Sequence record: KJ019103.1 | Length of the DNA: 64,000 nucleotides | Strand: one strand, 5' to 3' | In this document: positions 44,935-53,975 of the stretch, one piece after another | Numbering within the stretch: position 1 is the stretch's first letter | Layout of the letters: each line of letters opens with the position of its first letter | Notes under the pieces: generated by a model | What the model was told of the DNA's origin: nothing | The model's input: the letters and a program-made list of their open reading frames with translations, nothing else | Database searches by the model: none | Made by a program: the position numbers and the translations under genes

Positions 44935-45339
44935 ATGAATGAGGTAAGACTAGCAGCAATCAAATTAGATAGTGGTGAAGAAATTATATGCTATGTCGTA
45001 GACGTAGTAGATAGGGGTTTGAATAAGAACCTTATAATTAAAGATCCACTTAAAGTTGAATATGTAGAAAGTACTAGAAAGAAAGCATATAAATTTACTC
45101 CATGGTTCTTGCTAACTACAAGTAGGGAACATGAAATAGACATGAATAAGATCTTTGCTATCACAGGTGTCTATGATGAAGAAGTTAAAAAAGAATACAC
45201 TAAATCATTTCACTTACAAATTGGACCACATAGTTTCAACCATACCAGTGAAACGGGTTATGTTGGGTCAGTGAATAAATTTAGAAAGCTTCTGGAGAAG
45301 ATCTATAAGGAGGTGCCAAGTTCTCCTGATGAATGCTAA
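44935..45339 (+). CDS. Conserved-position hypothetical protein (Sm-like fold suspected)
   Basis: 134 aa; IKLDSGEEII...IIKDPL pattern; lies between uvsW and g55. Confidence 0.65.
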   Translation: MNEVRLAAIKLDSGEEIICYVVDVVDRGLNKNLIIKDPLKVEYVESTRKKAYKFTPWFLLTTSREHEIDMNKIFAITGVYDEEVKKEYTKSFHLQIGPHSFNHTSETGYVGSVNKFRKLLEKIYKEVPSSPDEC

Positions 45340-45366
45340 GCGACCCCTTTTCAACTCCACAAGAGT

Positions 45367-45395
45367 ATTATAACGACCACCGGTCCAAATGGCAA
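45367..45395 (-). promoter_or_regulatory. Antisense sigma70-type promoter TTGCCA-N17-TATAAT
   Basis: On the + strand, ATTATA at 45367-72 and TGGCAA at 45390-95 with a 17-nt spacer. Confidence 0.55.
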
Positions 45396-45397
45396 GT

Positions 45398-45427
45398 ATG
45401 ACCTCCAAGGGATTCGTGTGTTATAAT
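45398..45427 (+). promoter_or_regulatory. sigma70-type promoter with extended -10 for g55
   Basis: TG-T-TATAAT at 45419-45427; weak -35 ATGACC. Confidence 0.6.
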
Positions 45428-45457
45428 ATAAACATACTCAGATCCTAAGGAAATGAC

Positions 45458-45934
45458 ATGGCAAAGGCTAAATCAGAACACTACGTAAACAATAAAGAGT
45501 TGCTAGCAGCACTCATCGATTATCGTGATAGGTTGGATATCGCAAGAAGAAGAGATTTACCTAAACCACGTATCAGTAACTACGTAGGAGAGTGTTTCCT
45601 TAAGATTGCCACCCACCTTTCATACAAACCCAACTTCGTTAATTACATGTTCCGTGAGGACATGATCTCGGATGGTATTGAGAACTGCGTACAATACATT
45701 CACAACTTTGACCCTAATAAGTCCAGAAACCCCTTTGCCTACTTCACTCAAATCATCCACTATGCTTTTCTGCGTAGGATCCAAAGAGAGAAGAGACAAC
45801 TAGACATCAAGAACAAGATTGTCGAGAAGACTGGTTTTGAGTCTCTGATGACAAGTGACACTAACTTGACAAACGAGTATAGGAACGATTATAATGCCAT
45901 CAGGGAAAACATTATTAACAAACTGAACTCATGA
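45458..45934 (+). CDS. gp55: Late-transcription sigma factor gp55
   Basis: HYVNNKELL, NYMFREDMISDG.ENC..Y..NF...KS.NPFAYFTQI...AF.RRI..EK.Q. Confidence 0.95.
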   Translation: MAKAKSEHYVNNKELLAALIDYRDRLDIARRRDLPKPRISNYVGECFLKIATHLSYKPNFVNYMFREDMISDGIENCVQYIHNFDPNKSRNPFAYFTQIIHYAFLRRIQREKRQLDIKNKIVEKTGFESLMTSDTNLTNEYRNDYNAIRENIINKLNS

Positions 45935-46095
45935 ATCAGTACCCCACATCTTCTGATAATAGAAGGAATGATGCACATCAAGAAGGCAGAACAACTTATA
46001 TTAGTGAATCTGAATGCAAGGAATGTGGGTGTGTAGTCAAACTCGTATGGTCCAATAGGTGTCATTTCTGCACCATCAATAAATCAAACTCATAA
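45931..46095 (+). CDS. 54-aa putative zinc-ribbon protein (not in the ORF track)
   Basis: ATGA-coupled to g55; MNQYPTSSDNRRNDAHQEGRTTYISESECKECGCVVKLVWSNRCHFCTINKSNS carries CxxC...CxxC. Confidence 0.5.
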   Translation: MNQYPTSSDNRRNDAHQEGRTTYISESECKECGCVVKLVWSNRCHFCTINKSNS

Positions 46096-46110
46096 AGGGA
46101 ACAAACTAGA

Positions 46111-47160
46111 ATGGCATTGATCGCAGTTATAACTGACACTCACTATGGGGCGAGAAAGGGTGCTCAGTATCTTCATGATCACTTTGAGAAGTTCTACTCT
46201 GAAGTATTCTTCCCCACACTAAAGGAGAGAGGTGTCAAAACCATTCTCCATATGGGTGATGCCTTTGATAGTAGGAAGTCTATTGGGTTTGAAACACTCA
46301 ACTGGGCAAAGAGAGTTGTATTCAATCCCATGGCAGAATACGATGTCCATATGATCGTGGGAAACCATGATTGTTACTACAAATCCACCAACAAGACTAA
46401 CTCTCCAGGTCTCCTACTAAAAGACTACGACAATATCACCACATACCATAGTCCTACAGAGGTAACTCTAGAGGGTATGAATACACTTCTACTGCCTTGG
46501 ATATGTGATGAGAACAGGGAAGAGTCCTTGAAGATGATTAAGAACTCTACATCGAAGTTCGCTGCTGGTCACCTAGAACTGGATGGGTTTGAGGCATACC
46601 GAGGACATACTTATAGAGATGGTAAGTTGGACAACGGAGTATTCGACAACTTCGATAAAGTGTTCTCAGGACACTTCCACACCCGTTCAGACAACGGGAA
46701 GATCTTCTATGTGGGTAATCCATATGAGATGTATTGGAACGATGTGAATGACCCCAGAGGGTTTGTTCTACTGGATACTGAAACCCTAGAGGTTGAGTAT
46801 GTGAATAACCCGCACACTCTATTCTCTGTTATCTACTACGAAGATACTAACTACAAACTCTTCAATGCCAAAGAGTATGAAGGTAAGATTGTAAAGGTTA
46901 TTGTCAGGAAGAATACTGACAGGAAACTCTTTGATAAGTTCCTAAACAAACTTATGAAGACCAATATCCTAGACATGAAAATCGTAGAGAACTTCAATGT
47001 TCAGGAAGGGGAAGACTTCCAGGTAGAAGATATCGAAGAGAACACCCTATCAATTCTCAACCGATATGTAGATGAAGCAGACTATGAAGATAGTTCTATT
47101 CAGAAAGATGATATTAAGAATCTTATCTCTCAAATCTACCGAGAGGCATGTGAAGTATGA
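46111..47160 (+). CDS. gp47: Recombination endonuclease subunit gp47 (Mre11-like)
   Basis: ITDTHYG, HMGDAFD.R, IVGNHD, GHLEL, FSGHFH. Confidence 0.96.
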   Translation: MALIAVITDTHYGARKGAQYLHDHFEKFYSEVFFPTLKERGVKTILHMGDAFDSRKSIGFETLNWAKRVVFNPMAEYDVHMIVGNHDCYYKSTNKTNSPGLLLKDYDNITTYHSPTEVTLEGMNTLLLPWICDENREESLKMIKNSTSKFAAGHLELDGFEAYRGHTYRDGKLDNGVFDNFDKVFSGHFHTRSDNGKIFYVGNPYEMYWNDVNDPRGFVLLDTETLEVEYVNNPHTLFSVIYYEDTNYKLFNAKEYEGKIVKVIVRKNTDRKLFDKFLNKLMKTNILDMKIVENFNVQEGEDFQVEDIEENTLSILNRYVDEADYEDSSIQKDDIKNLISQIYREACEV

Positions 47161-47450
47161 GAGACGCATGTTATATCATTACTGCATCAGAAGCAAAGGG
47201 TATGGATGTATACACCATCAAGTCTGAGGGTGTGAAGAATGTTCTAATCTTTGAGAAAGGTGAAGACGCTGAGAGGTATGTTATAATGTTGAATGAAGAT
47301 GAAGGATACATTGTGGGTGAAACACTAGAACTGGAAGTTTTTGAGGTTCCACTATCTGCCGTGGTAGAATCCCTGAACGAGAAAGGTTATAGTTACATCT
47401 ATGTGAAACCCGATGACCTGTTTATTCCACCTGATGCCAAGAAAGTTTAA
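47157..47450 (+). CDS. Hypothetical protein
   Basis: 97 aa, ATGA-coupled, between g47 and g46. Confidence 0.65.
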   Translation: MRDACYIITASEAKGMDVYTIKSEGVKNVLIFEKGEDAERYVIMLNEDEGYIVGETLELEVFEVPLSAVVESLNEKGYSYIYVKPDDLFIPPDAKKV

Positions 47451-47452
47451 TT

Positions 47453-49180
47453 ATGTTGTTGTTTAAGAAACTGAGATGGCAGAACTTCCTATCCACTGGA
47501 GACAAGGGTATTGAAGTTGATTTCCTAATGAATAATACCAACCTCATCATTGGTAGTAATGGTGCTGGTAAGAGTACTCTTTTGGATGCTCTCACCTTTG
47601 TCCTATTCAACAAAGCGTTTAGGCGTGTGTCAAAACCGCAACTAGTTAATAGTATCACTGAGAAGAAGTGTGTAGTTGAGATTGAGTTTGAAACAAATAA
47701 TAAGAACTACTTGGTTCGCCGTGGAATCAAACCCAATGTATTTGATATAGTAGTAGATGGGGAACTACTAGACAAGCGTGGTGATGATAGAGATAACCAG
47801 AAACTATTAGAAGAGAATATTCTTAAGGTCAATTATAAATCATTCACTCAGGTCATTATCCTTGGAGCATCTACCTTTGTTCCTTTCATGCAACTCACAG
47901 CTTCTAATCGTAGAGATGTAATTGAGGACCTACTAGACATCCGTGTGTTTAGTCAGATGTCAGGTATTGTCAAAGATCGTATCAGACAACTCCGCGAAGA
48001 TATCAAGATTCTAGATCTCAAGAGGGGATCTCTTAGAGATAAGTCTGAGATGCAGAAGAACTTTATCAATGAGATTACTAAGAAGGGTGAGAGTAATATT
48101 GAATCTAAAGGAGAGAAGATCAAGACTCTATTGTTTGAGAAGCAAACTCTAGAATCTGAGAACATCACAACTCTAACTAAACTGAAAGAACTTCAGGATG
48201 AGTTGGAGGGACTAGAGGATGCTTCTGATAAACTACGTAAGTTGGGTAGTCTAAGGGGTAAGATTTCCCAGAAGATTACTACACTCACTAAGGAACACAA
48301 GTTTTTCAAAGACAATGCTTCCTGTCCTACCTGTACTCAGGATATTGATGAAGAGTTTCGTAGTGTCAGACTAAGTGAGTTGGGTGACAAAGCAAAGGAG
48401 ATGAACAAAGGGTTTAAAGAACTAGAAGATACTATTGAACGAGAAGAGAACCGAGAGAATGAGTTTAAGAGTATCTCCAAACAAATCCTAGAACTCAACA
48501 CTCAGGTGAGTACTAACAACACAAAAAACACTAGTATCAGTATGAATATTGGTGATCTTGAGAGTGAGATTGGATCTATCAGACACTCCATTGATAACCA
48601 AACAGAGGAGAAGGAGAAACTAGATCGTTTCCAAGATGACCTGAGTCGAGTATTTGATACCCTCTCCACTAGAAACTCTGAGATGGATAACAATAAGTTT
48701 GTCTATGAGTTACTGAAAGATGGTGGAGTGAAGACTAATATCATCCGCAAGTACATCCCCTTCATCAACAAACAGGTGAATAGGTATCTCCAGATGATGG
48801 AGTTCTATATTAACTTCGAGTTAGATGAAGAGTTTAATGAGACTGTAGTATCACCTATTCATGAGAACTTCTCATACTCTTCCTTCTCTGAGGGTGAGAA
48901 GATGAGAATTGACTTGGCACTTCTATTCACCTGGAGAGAAGTTGCTAGGGTTAGAAACTCTGTGAATACAAACCTCCTAATTATGGATGAGGTGTTTGAT
49001 AGTTCTCTAGATGGTTTTGGAACAGAAGAGTTCCTCAAAATCATCAGATATGTTGTACAAGATGCTAATGTATTCATTATTAGTCACAAACAAGAACTCC
49101 ACGAACGTTTCGATAGTGTTCTACGATTTGAAAAGGATAGAGGGTTCTCCAAACTAACTCTAAATAAAACAAACGATTAA
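47453..49180 (+). CDS. gp46: Recombination ATPase gp46 (Rad50-like)
   Basis: GSNGAGKST Walker A, CPTC zinc hook, FSEGEKMRID signature, LLIMDEVFD Walker B. Confidence 0.97.
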   Translation: MLLFKKLRWQNFLSTGDKGIEVDFLMNNTNLIIGSNGAGKSTLLDALTFVLFNKAFRRVSKPQLVNSITEKKCVVEIEFETNNKNYLVRRGIKPNVFDIVVDGELLDKRGDDRDNQKLLEENILKVNYKSFTQVIILGASTFVPFMQLTASNRRDVIEDLLDIRVFSQMSGIVKDRIRQLREDIKILDLKRGSLRDKSEMQKNFINEITKKGESNIESKGEKIKTLLFEKQTLESENITTLTKLKELQDELEGLEDASDKLRKLGSLRGKISQKITTLTKEHKFFKDNASCPTCTQDIDEEFRSVRLSELGDKAKEMNKGFKELEDTIEREENRENEFKSISKQILELNTQVSTNNTKNTSISMNIGDLESEIGSIRHSIDNQTEEKEKLDRFQDDLSRVFDTLSTRNSEMDNNKFVYELLKDGGVKTNIIRKYIPFINKQVNRYLQMMEFYINFELDEEFNETVVSPIHENFSYSSFSEGEKMRIDLALLFTWREVARVRNSVNTNLLIMDEVFDSSLDGFGTEEFLKIIRYVVQDANVFIISHKQELHERFDSVLRFEKDRGFSKLTLNKTND

Positions 49181-49185
49181 ATCTT

Positions 49186-49314
49186 ATGAAAAGGTTCTTG
49201 TTATTTGGTGCTATATTTGCACTAGTTGGGGCTGGACTATCACATGGTCAGTTCCACCTCTACAACTCTTCTGTTCCACATGTTCATGAAAATGGAGTAA
49301 TTCATTCACACTAA
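49186..49314 (+). CDS. 42-aa secreted His-rich peptide (not in the ORF track)
   Basis: MKRFLLFGAIFALVGAGLSHGQFHLYNSSVPHVHENGVIHSH; fills the gap between g46 and the next gene with 4-5-nt spacers. Confidence 0.6.
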   Translation: MKRFLLFGAIFALVGAGLSHGQFHLYNSSVPHVHENGVIHSH

Positions 49315-49318
49315 TATT

Positions 49319-50041
49319 ATGCAAGGTCTAGATCTAGTTATTGAATACCCAAACGTATTTCCCGATGATCTATGTGATGAGATGATCGAGAGGTTTGAGG
49401 AGGATGATAGGAAAAGTAAGGGACATAACGGCTCCTTTGGACCTGAATTTACAACAGATAAGGTATCAATAGACCTATACTATACAGGACTACCCGAATG
49501 GGTTGATATTGATACTAAATCATTTGAGTTAATAACACCCTATGTTGCGGAATATGTGAATTTATTGAGTGATAACTTCCACATGAAGGAAACTGCTTTT
49601 ATAAATGACCAGGGATATCAGATACAGAGAACTGATCCTGGTGGTTTCTTTAGTTGGCACTGTGACCATACTTCATATCCAATACTAGACCAACGCCTTA
49701 TCAATACGCAGGGTGGTGATTCATATTGTATTCGTGATAGGATAGCTACCTATATCATATACCTAAATGACAGAACTGGACTATCTGATGGAGTTACAGA
49801 GTTTGGGTTTGGTGATAACTTGAAGACAGTCACTGCAGAAAAAGGAAAACTCATCATGTTTCCTGCTAACATTTTATATCCACATAGGGGAACTACCCTG
49901 GAAAATGGAGTAAAATACTTAATGACAGGTTGGGTAGTCCGTGACGCAGTGATGAGATCTGAAATTTCACCACAAGATTATGAAGAAAGGTTTGAGAGAT
50001 ACGAGAGGATGCCCTATCTCACTCCAGTGGACAATCGATAA
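49319..50041 (+). CDS. 2OG-Fe(II) oxygenase (prolyl-4-hydroxylase-like)
   Basis: WHCD (H-x-D), IIYLND, G.T.F, GKLIMFP, YPHRG, KY..TGW. Confidence 0.85.
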   Translation: MQGLDLVIEYPNVFPDDLCDEMIERFEEDDRKSKGHNGSFGPEFTTDKVSIDLYYTGLPEWVDIDTKSFELITPYVAEYVNLLSDNFHMKETAFINDQGYQIQRTDPGGFFSWHCDHTSYPILDQRLINTQGGDSYCIRDRIATYIIYLNDRTGLSDGVTEFGFGDNLKTVTAEKGKLIMFPANILYPHRGTTLENGVKYLMTGWVVRDAVMRSEISPQDYEERFERYERMPYLTPVDNR

Positions 50042-50050
50042 ACTGTCCAC
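50027..50050 (+). promoter_or_regulatory. Palindromic upstream element GTGGACA-N10-TGTCCAC
   Basis: Perfect 7-bp inverted repeat ahead of a terminator/promoter; a related copy lies at 52252-52275. Confidence 0.6.
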
Positions 50051-50073
50051 CCCCACCAGTCATGGGGGTTTTT
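50049..50073 (+). terminator. Probable rho-independent terminator
   Basis: ACCCCC-N9-GGGGGT followed by a T run. Confidence 0.55.
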
Positions 50074-50109
50074 CTATGCCATAATAGGTTCATACCAAGG
50101 GAAACACCT

Positions 50110-52251
50110 ATGATCAACCTAGAAGTCAAAGGACAACTAGCGAAGCTCCTAGCAACTGAGGATCTTATTGTGGAACACCGCAATGTAGATACCGCTATGT
50201 TCAATGTGGATACTCGCGTCCTGACTCTTCCTAGGTGGGATAAAGCAAGTAATACCGTATTTGATCTTCTAATCTCACATGAGGTTGGACACGCCCTCTT
50301 CACTCCTAATGAAGACTGGACTAGTAAGGTATCTTGTCCAAAGATGTTTGTGAATGTAACTGAGGACGCTCGTATTGAGTCTCTGATGAAGCGTAGGTTT
50401 GGTGGACTACCCAAGACTTTCTATAACGGATATAAGGAGTTATACAATGAAGACTTCTTTGGTATTGGTGATGAAGACCCATCTGGTATGCAGATTGCAG
50501 ATAGGGTAAACCTACACTTCAAAGTTGGCAACTTTATCAAGATTCCCTTCACTAAAGAGGAACAGGTTGTTGTTGATCAGATTGCTAGTGCAAAGACTTT
50601 CAAAGACGCATTAGAATCCGCTGAGGCATTATATGCCCTTCATAAAATAGAGAAAGAAGAGAAAGTGGAAGAGGTGATAGCACCAATATCAGGTGATGAT
50701 GGTGGTGAATCTGATAAAGAAGATAAAGATGGTGAGGAAGAAACAATCCAAACAGAAACTGATAGTGGGGTTGAGGGTGGAGATAATACTGATGATGAAC
50801 CAGGAGATTCTGAATCTAATACAGAAGACACAGTAGATAGTTCTGGTGGTGGAGATCAGAGTGATATAGATGATGACATAGTGAAGACTATGGAGAATGT
50901 GGAGGATAAACTAAAAGATCTAACCAACCCAAACCTCAGTGGTGAACCAATATATCTTACCCACCCTAAGATTAATTTGGATAAAGTTGTTATTTCCAAT
51001 GAAACAGTTCACGAACGCATTGCCAGACACTGGAATATTCGTTTGTCACTACTCAAAACTGAGGATGAATCGAAACTAAAGGAAGTTGAATACTTTATCC
51101 ATAGGGATTATGGTAGACATGAAGAAAGTTTCAGGAAGTTTAGGAAAGATATTCAACCTGAAGTTAACTATATGGTGAAAGAGTTTGAGTGTAAGAAGTC
51201 CGCAGATGCATACTCACGGGCAACAGTTTCTAAGACTGGTGTTCTGGATTGCACCAAACTACATACTTACAGATACAATGAAGATCTGTTCAGGAAAGTA
51301 ACAACTCTCCCTGAAGGTAAGAACCATGGTTTGATCTTTGTTCTTGACTGGAGTGGTTCCATGTGTGAGGTTCTTTCCAACACTGTGAAGCAACTCCTAT
51401 CACTGGTTATGTTCTGTGATAAAGTTGGTATTCCTTTTGATGTGTATACCTTCACCAATGACTACAACAAATATGATCCATATGCTCCCAGAGAACTTGG
51501 GGAGGTGAATACCTTTGATCTAGGTGGCAATTTCAATATGGTGAATATTCTAACTAGTAAGGTTAATCGTAAGACTCTAACCAAACAGATGGAGAGAATC
51601 TATATGATTGCCGAAATGTTTACCTATGGTAACTATGGATGTGTTCCTGATTGTATGTGCCTCTCAGGAACTCCCCTGAATGAAGCTATCCTCACTCTTC
51701 ACTCAATTCTCCCTAAGTTCCAGAGTGAAAACAATGTTCAGAAAACACATACTATCATTCTTACTGATGGTGAAGCGGGTGGTTCTAGATGTGTAAAGGA
51801 AAATAACCAGGAAGGTGGGCGTGGTAAGTATGTTAGTCGTTTTGTTGGTAATCATACTTACCTCCGTAATAGGAAAACAGGTGTAACTCGTAAGATTGAA
51901 ACCTTTGGTGTCACTAAAGACCTATTAGAAGATCTCCGTGAAACCTTCCCCCACAGCACTTTCACCGGGTTTCGTATTCTAGAAATTGGTGGTAGTTGGT
52001 TTGTTCGTCAGGCTGTTGGTTATGATCAACAGAAACTAACAGAATGGAAAAAGAACAAATCAATTTGTTTAGAAAACCAAGGTTATAATAAATACTTTGT
52101 TATACAATCAAACAAACTCAAGTATGATACTGAGTTTGATGTTGATGAAGGAGCTACAAAGGCGAAGATCAAATCCTCATTCGCCAAGTCCCTTAAAGGG
52201 AAGAAGAACAACAAACGTATCCTAGGTGATTTTATTGGAATGATCGCCTGA
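50110..52251 (+). CDS. Zincin-motif plus vWA (CobT-like) protein
   Basis: Start MINLEVKG at 50110; HEVGH (HExxH), EDARIE, acidic linker, DWSGSM MIDAS motif, LSGTPLNE, ILTDGE. Confidence 0.8.
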   Translation: MINLEVKGQLAKLLATEDLIVEHRNVDTAMFNVDTRVLTLPRWDKASNTVFDLLISHEVGHALFTPNEDWTSKVSCPKMFVNVTEDARIESLMKRRFGGLPKTFYNGYKELYNEDFFGIGDEDPSGMQIADRVNLHFKVGNFIKIPFTKEEQVVVDQIASAKTFKDALESAEALYALHKIEKEEKVEEVIAPISGDDGGESDKEDKDGEEETIQTETDSGVEGGDNTDDEPGDSESNTEDTVDSSGGGDQSDIDDDIVKTMENVEDKLKDLTNPNLSGEPIYLTHPKINLDKVVISNETVHERIARHWNIRLSLLKTEDESKLKEVEYFIHRDYGRHEESFRKFRKDIQPEVNYMVKEFECKKSADAYSRATVSKTGVLDCTKLHTYRYNEDLFRKVTTLPEGKNHGLIFVLDWSGSMCEVLSNTVKQLLSLVMFCDKVGIPFDVYTFTNDYNKYDPYAPRELGEVNTFDLGGNFNMVNILTSKVNRKTLTKQMERIYMIAEMFTYGNYGCVPDCMCLSGTPLNEAILTLHSILPKFQSENNVQKTHTIILTDGEAGGSRCVKENNQEGGRGKYVSRFVGNHTYLRNRKTGVTRKIETFGVTKDLLEDLRETFPHSTFTGFRILEIGGSWFVRQAVGYDQQKLTEWKKNKSICLENQGYNKYFVIQSNKLKYDTEFDVDEGATKAKIKSSFAKSLKGKKNNKRILGDFIGMIA

Positions 52252-52312
52252 TGTGACACTCTACGAACTGGCACAATGGGGGGTTGCAGGAATCCCCTTC
52301 CCGTGTATAATA
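52252..52312 (+). promoter_or_regulatory. Palindromic element plus sigma70-type promoter for the cobS-like gene
   Basis: TGTGACA-N10-TGGCACA (52252-75), then TTGCAG...TG-TATAAT. Confidence 0.6.
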
Positions 52313-52344
52313 GTTGTATACCAAACAAGGAAACCACAAACTCA

Positions 52345-53478
52345 ATGGCCCGACTCGCTATGACAACTGATCAAATTGTTGAGAAACTGAAAGAGACCTA
52401 TGGTGAGAACGTAACTACAGCTGAACTTAAAGCCTTCTGTGCTATGAATGATTGTGGTTACCCTACAGTCACTCGTCGATTGGAAGAATATAAGTCTGGT
52501 CGTGGTCGTTGGAATCTAACCCTAAACGAGAAGTTGGAACAAACCTATCAAGGACCATCTGGTGTCCCTGCTGTTATGGATATTTCAGAAACAAACCTTG
52601 TTCCAGACAAAGATAGTAACTTTGTTTCATTCGGTAACTTCACTGATTTGAAACAAGTCATCAAGTCTGGTATCTTCTATCCTACCTTTATCACTGGTTT
52701 ATCTGGTAACGGAAAAACCTTTGGTGTAGAACAAGCTTGTGCTCAACTTGGTAGGGAACTGATTCGAGTAAATATTACAATTGAAACCGATGAAGACGAT
52801 CTTATTGGTGGTTTCCGTCTCATTGATGGTGCTACTGTTTGGCATAATGGTCCAGTCATCGAGGCTCTGGAACGGGGAGCTGTTCTTCTTCTAGATGAGA
52901 TTGATCTGGCTTCTAACAAGATTCTTTGTCTTCAATCTATCCTAGAAGGTAAGGGAGTATTCCTCAAGAAGATTGGTAAGTTTGTGAGACCTACCAATGG
53001 GTTCAACGTGATTGCAACCGCAAACACAAAAGGTAAGGGTTCTGACGATGGTAGGTTTATTGGAACTAATGTTCTGAATGAAGCATTCCTAGAACGTTTC
53101 CCTGTAACCTTTGAGCAGGAATATCCAGTAGCATCAGTAGAAACCAAACTCCTGAAGAAGTATGCTTCTTCATTGGGTATCGTAGATGATAAGTTTTGTA
53201 AGTATCTGGCAGACTGGGGTGATATCATCCGTAAAACATTCTATGATGGTGGTGTAGATGAGGTTATCTCCACACGACGTTTGGTTCACATCCTTCGAGC
53301 ATACAGTATCTTTGATGACAAATCAAAGGCAGTTGCTATCTGTCTAAACAGGTTTGATGATGAAACCAAACAAGCCTTTATGGATCTTTACGACAAGATT
53401 GACAACGAAGTCACCTTTCAATTTGGTGAAGGTACAGATAACGTTCAGTACTCTGAAACACCAGATACAAACTTCTAA
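52345..53478 (+). CDS. CobS/MoxR-like AAA+ ATPase
   Basis: Start MARLAM at 52345; GLSGNGKT Walker A, LLLDEID Walker B, IATANT, NEAFLERF. Confidence 0.88.
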   Translation: MARLAMTTDQIVEKLKETYGENVTTAELKAFCAMNDCGYPTVTRRLEEYKSGRGRWNLTLNEKLEQTYQGPSGVPAVMDISETNLVPDKDSNFVSFGNFTDLKQVIKSGIFYPTFITGLSGNGKTFGVEQACAQLGRELIRVNITIETDEDDLIGGFRLIDGATVWHNGPVIEALERGAVLLLDEIDLASNKILCLQSILEGKGVFLKKIGKFVRPTNGFNVIATANTKGKGSDDGRFIGTNVLNEAFLERFPVTFEQEYPVASVETKLLKKYASSLGIVDDKFCKYLADWGDIIRKTFYDGGVDEVISTRRLVHILRAYSIFDDKSKAVAICLNRFDDETKQAFMDLYDKIDNEVTFQFGEGTDNVQYSETPDTNF

Positions 53479-53919
53479 ATGATTTATCCTACTATGAACT
53501 CCTGGTCTATGTTATTCGATGAAATTGGTGAAATCAATTTCGATGAATCTGAATACTCCAAAGATATTACTATCCAACCCAACACTATGAACGAAACACC
53601 CAAAGACGAAAGATTCTGGAGGTATAATGAGGGTAAGATTCTCCGTGAAGTAGAATCTTATCTCTCAGGTACCTACAAAGGTCACTATGTTGGTGGTGAA
53701 ACCAAAATCCAAACACTAGACCTTATTGATTCTATTGGTGACTCTGAATCCTTCTGTAGATCTAACGCAATCAAATATCTCTCTAGGTTTGGGAAGAAGG
53801 AGGGCAAAAACCAGAAGGATCTCCTGAAGGTTATTCACTATGCAATCCTCCTTTATCACTTTGCAGGACTACCCTTCACAGAAGACGCTGTGGAAACTCA
53901 CTCGCCTACTGGGCGTTAA
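53479..53919 (+). CDS. DUF3310-like protein (family includes T7 gp1.7-like nucleotide kinases)
   Basis: FCRSNAIKYLSRFGKK.GKN..DLLKVIHYAILL motif; start may be 53494. Confidence 0.6.
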   Translation: MIYPTMNSWSMLFDEIGEINFDESEYSKDITIQPNTMNETPKDERFWRYNEGKILREVESYLSGTYKGHYVGGETKIQTLDLIDSIGDSESFCRSNAIKYLSRFGKKEGKNQKDLLKVIHYAILLYHFAGLPFTEDAVETHSPTGR

Positions 53920-53929
53920 CCCATATCTG

Positions 53930-53938
53930 TGTTATAAT
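53930..53938 (+). promoter_or_regulatory. Extended -10 promoter for the g45 operon
   Basis: TG-T-TATAAT flanked by a 6-bp inverted repeat (CTGTGT/ACACAG). Confidence 0.6.
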
Positions 53939-53975
53939 ACACAGGAAACCATCTCATCCTTTATCTTTTATATTA

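Noticed and set aside
50062-50109. Upstream starts of the vWA (50062) and AAA (52276) ORFs
   Set aside because: They run through terminator and promoter elements; downstream ATGs at 50110 and 52345 fit better.
52345-53478. Cobalamin biosynthesis as the function of the cobS-like gene
   Set aside because: No other cob genes in the window, and the vWA partner carries a peptidase motif; the label reflects only AAA family similarity.
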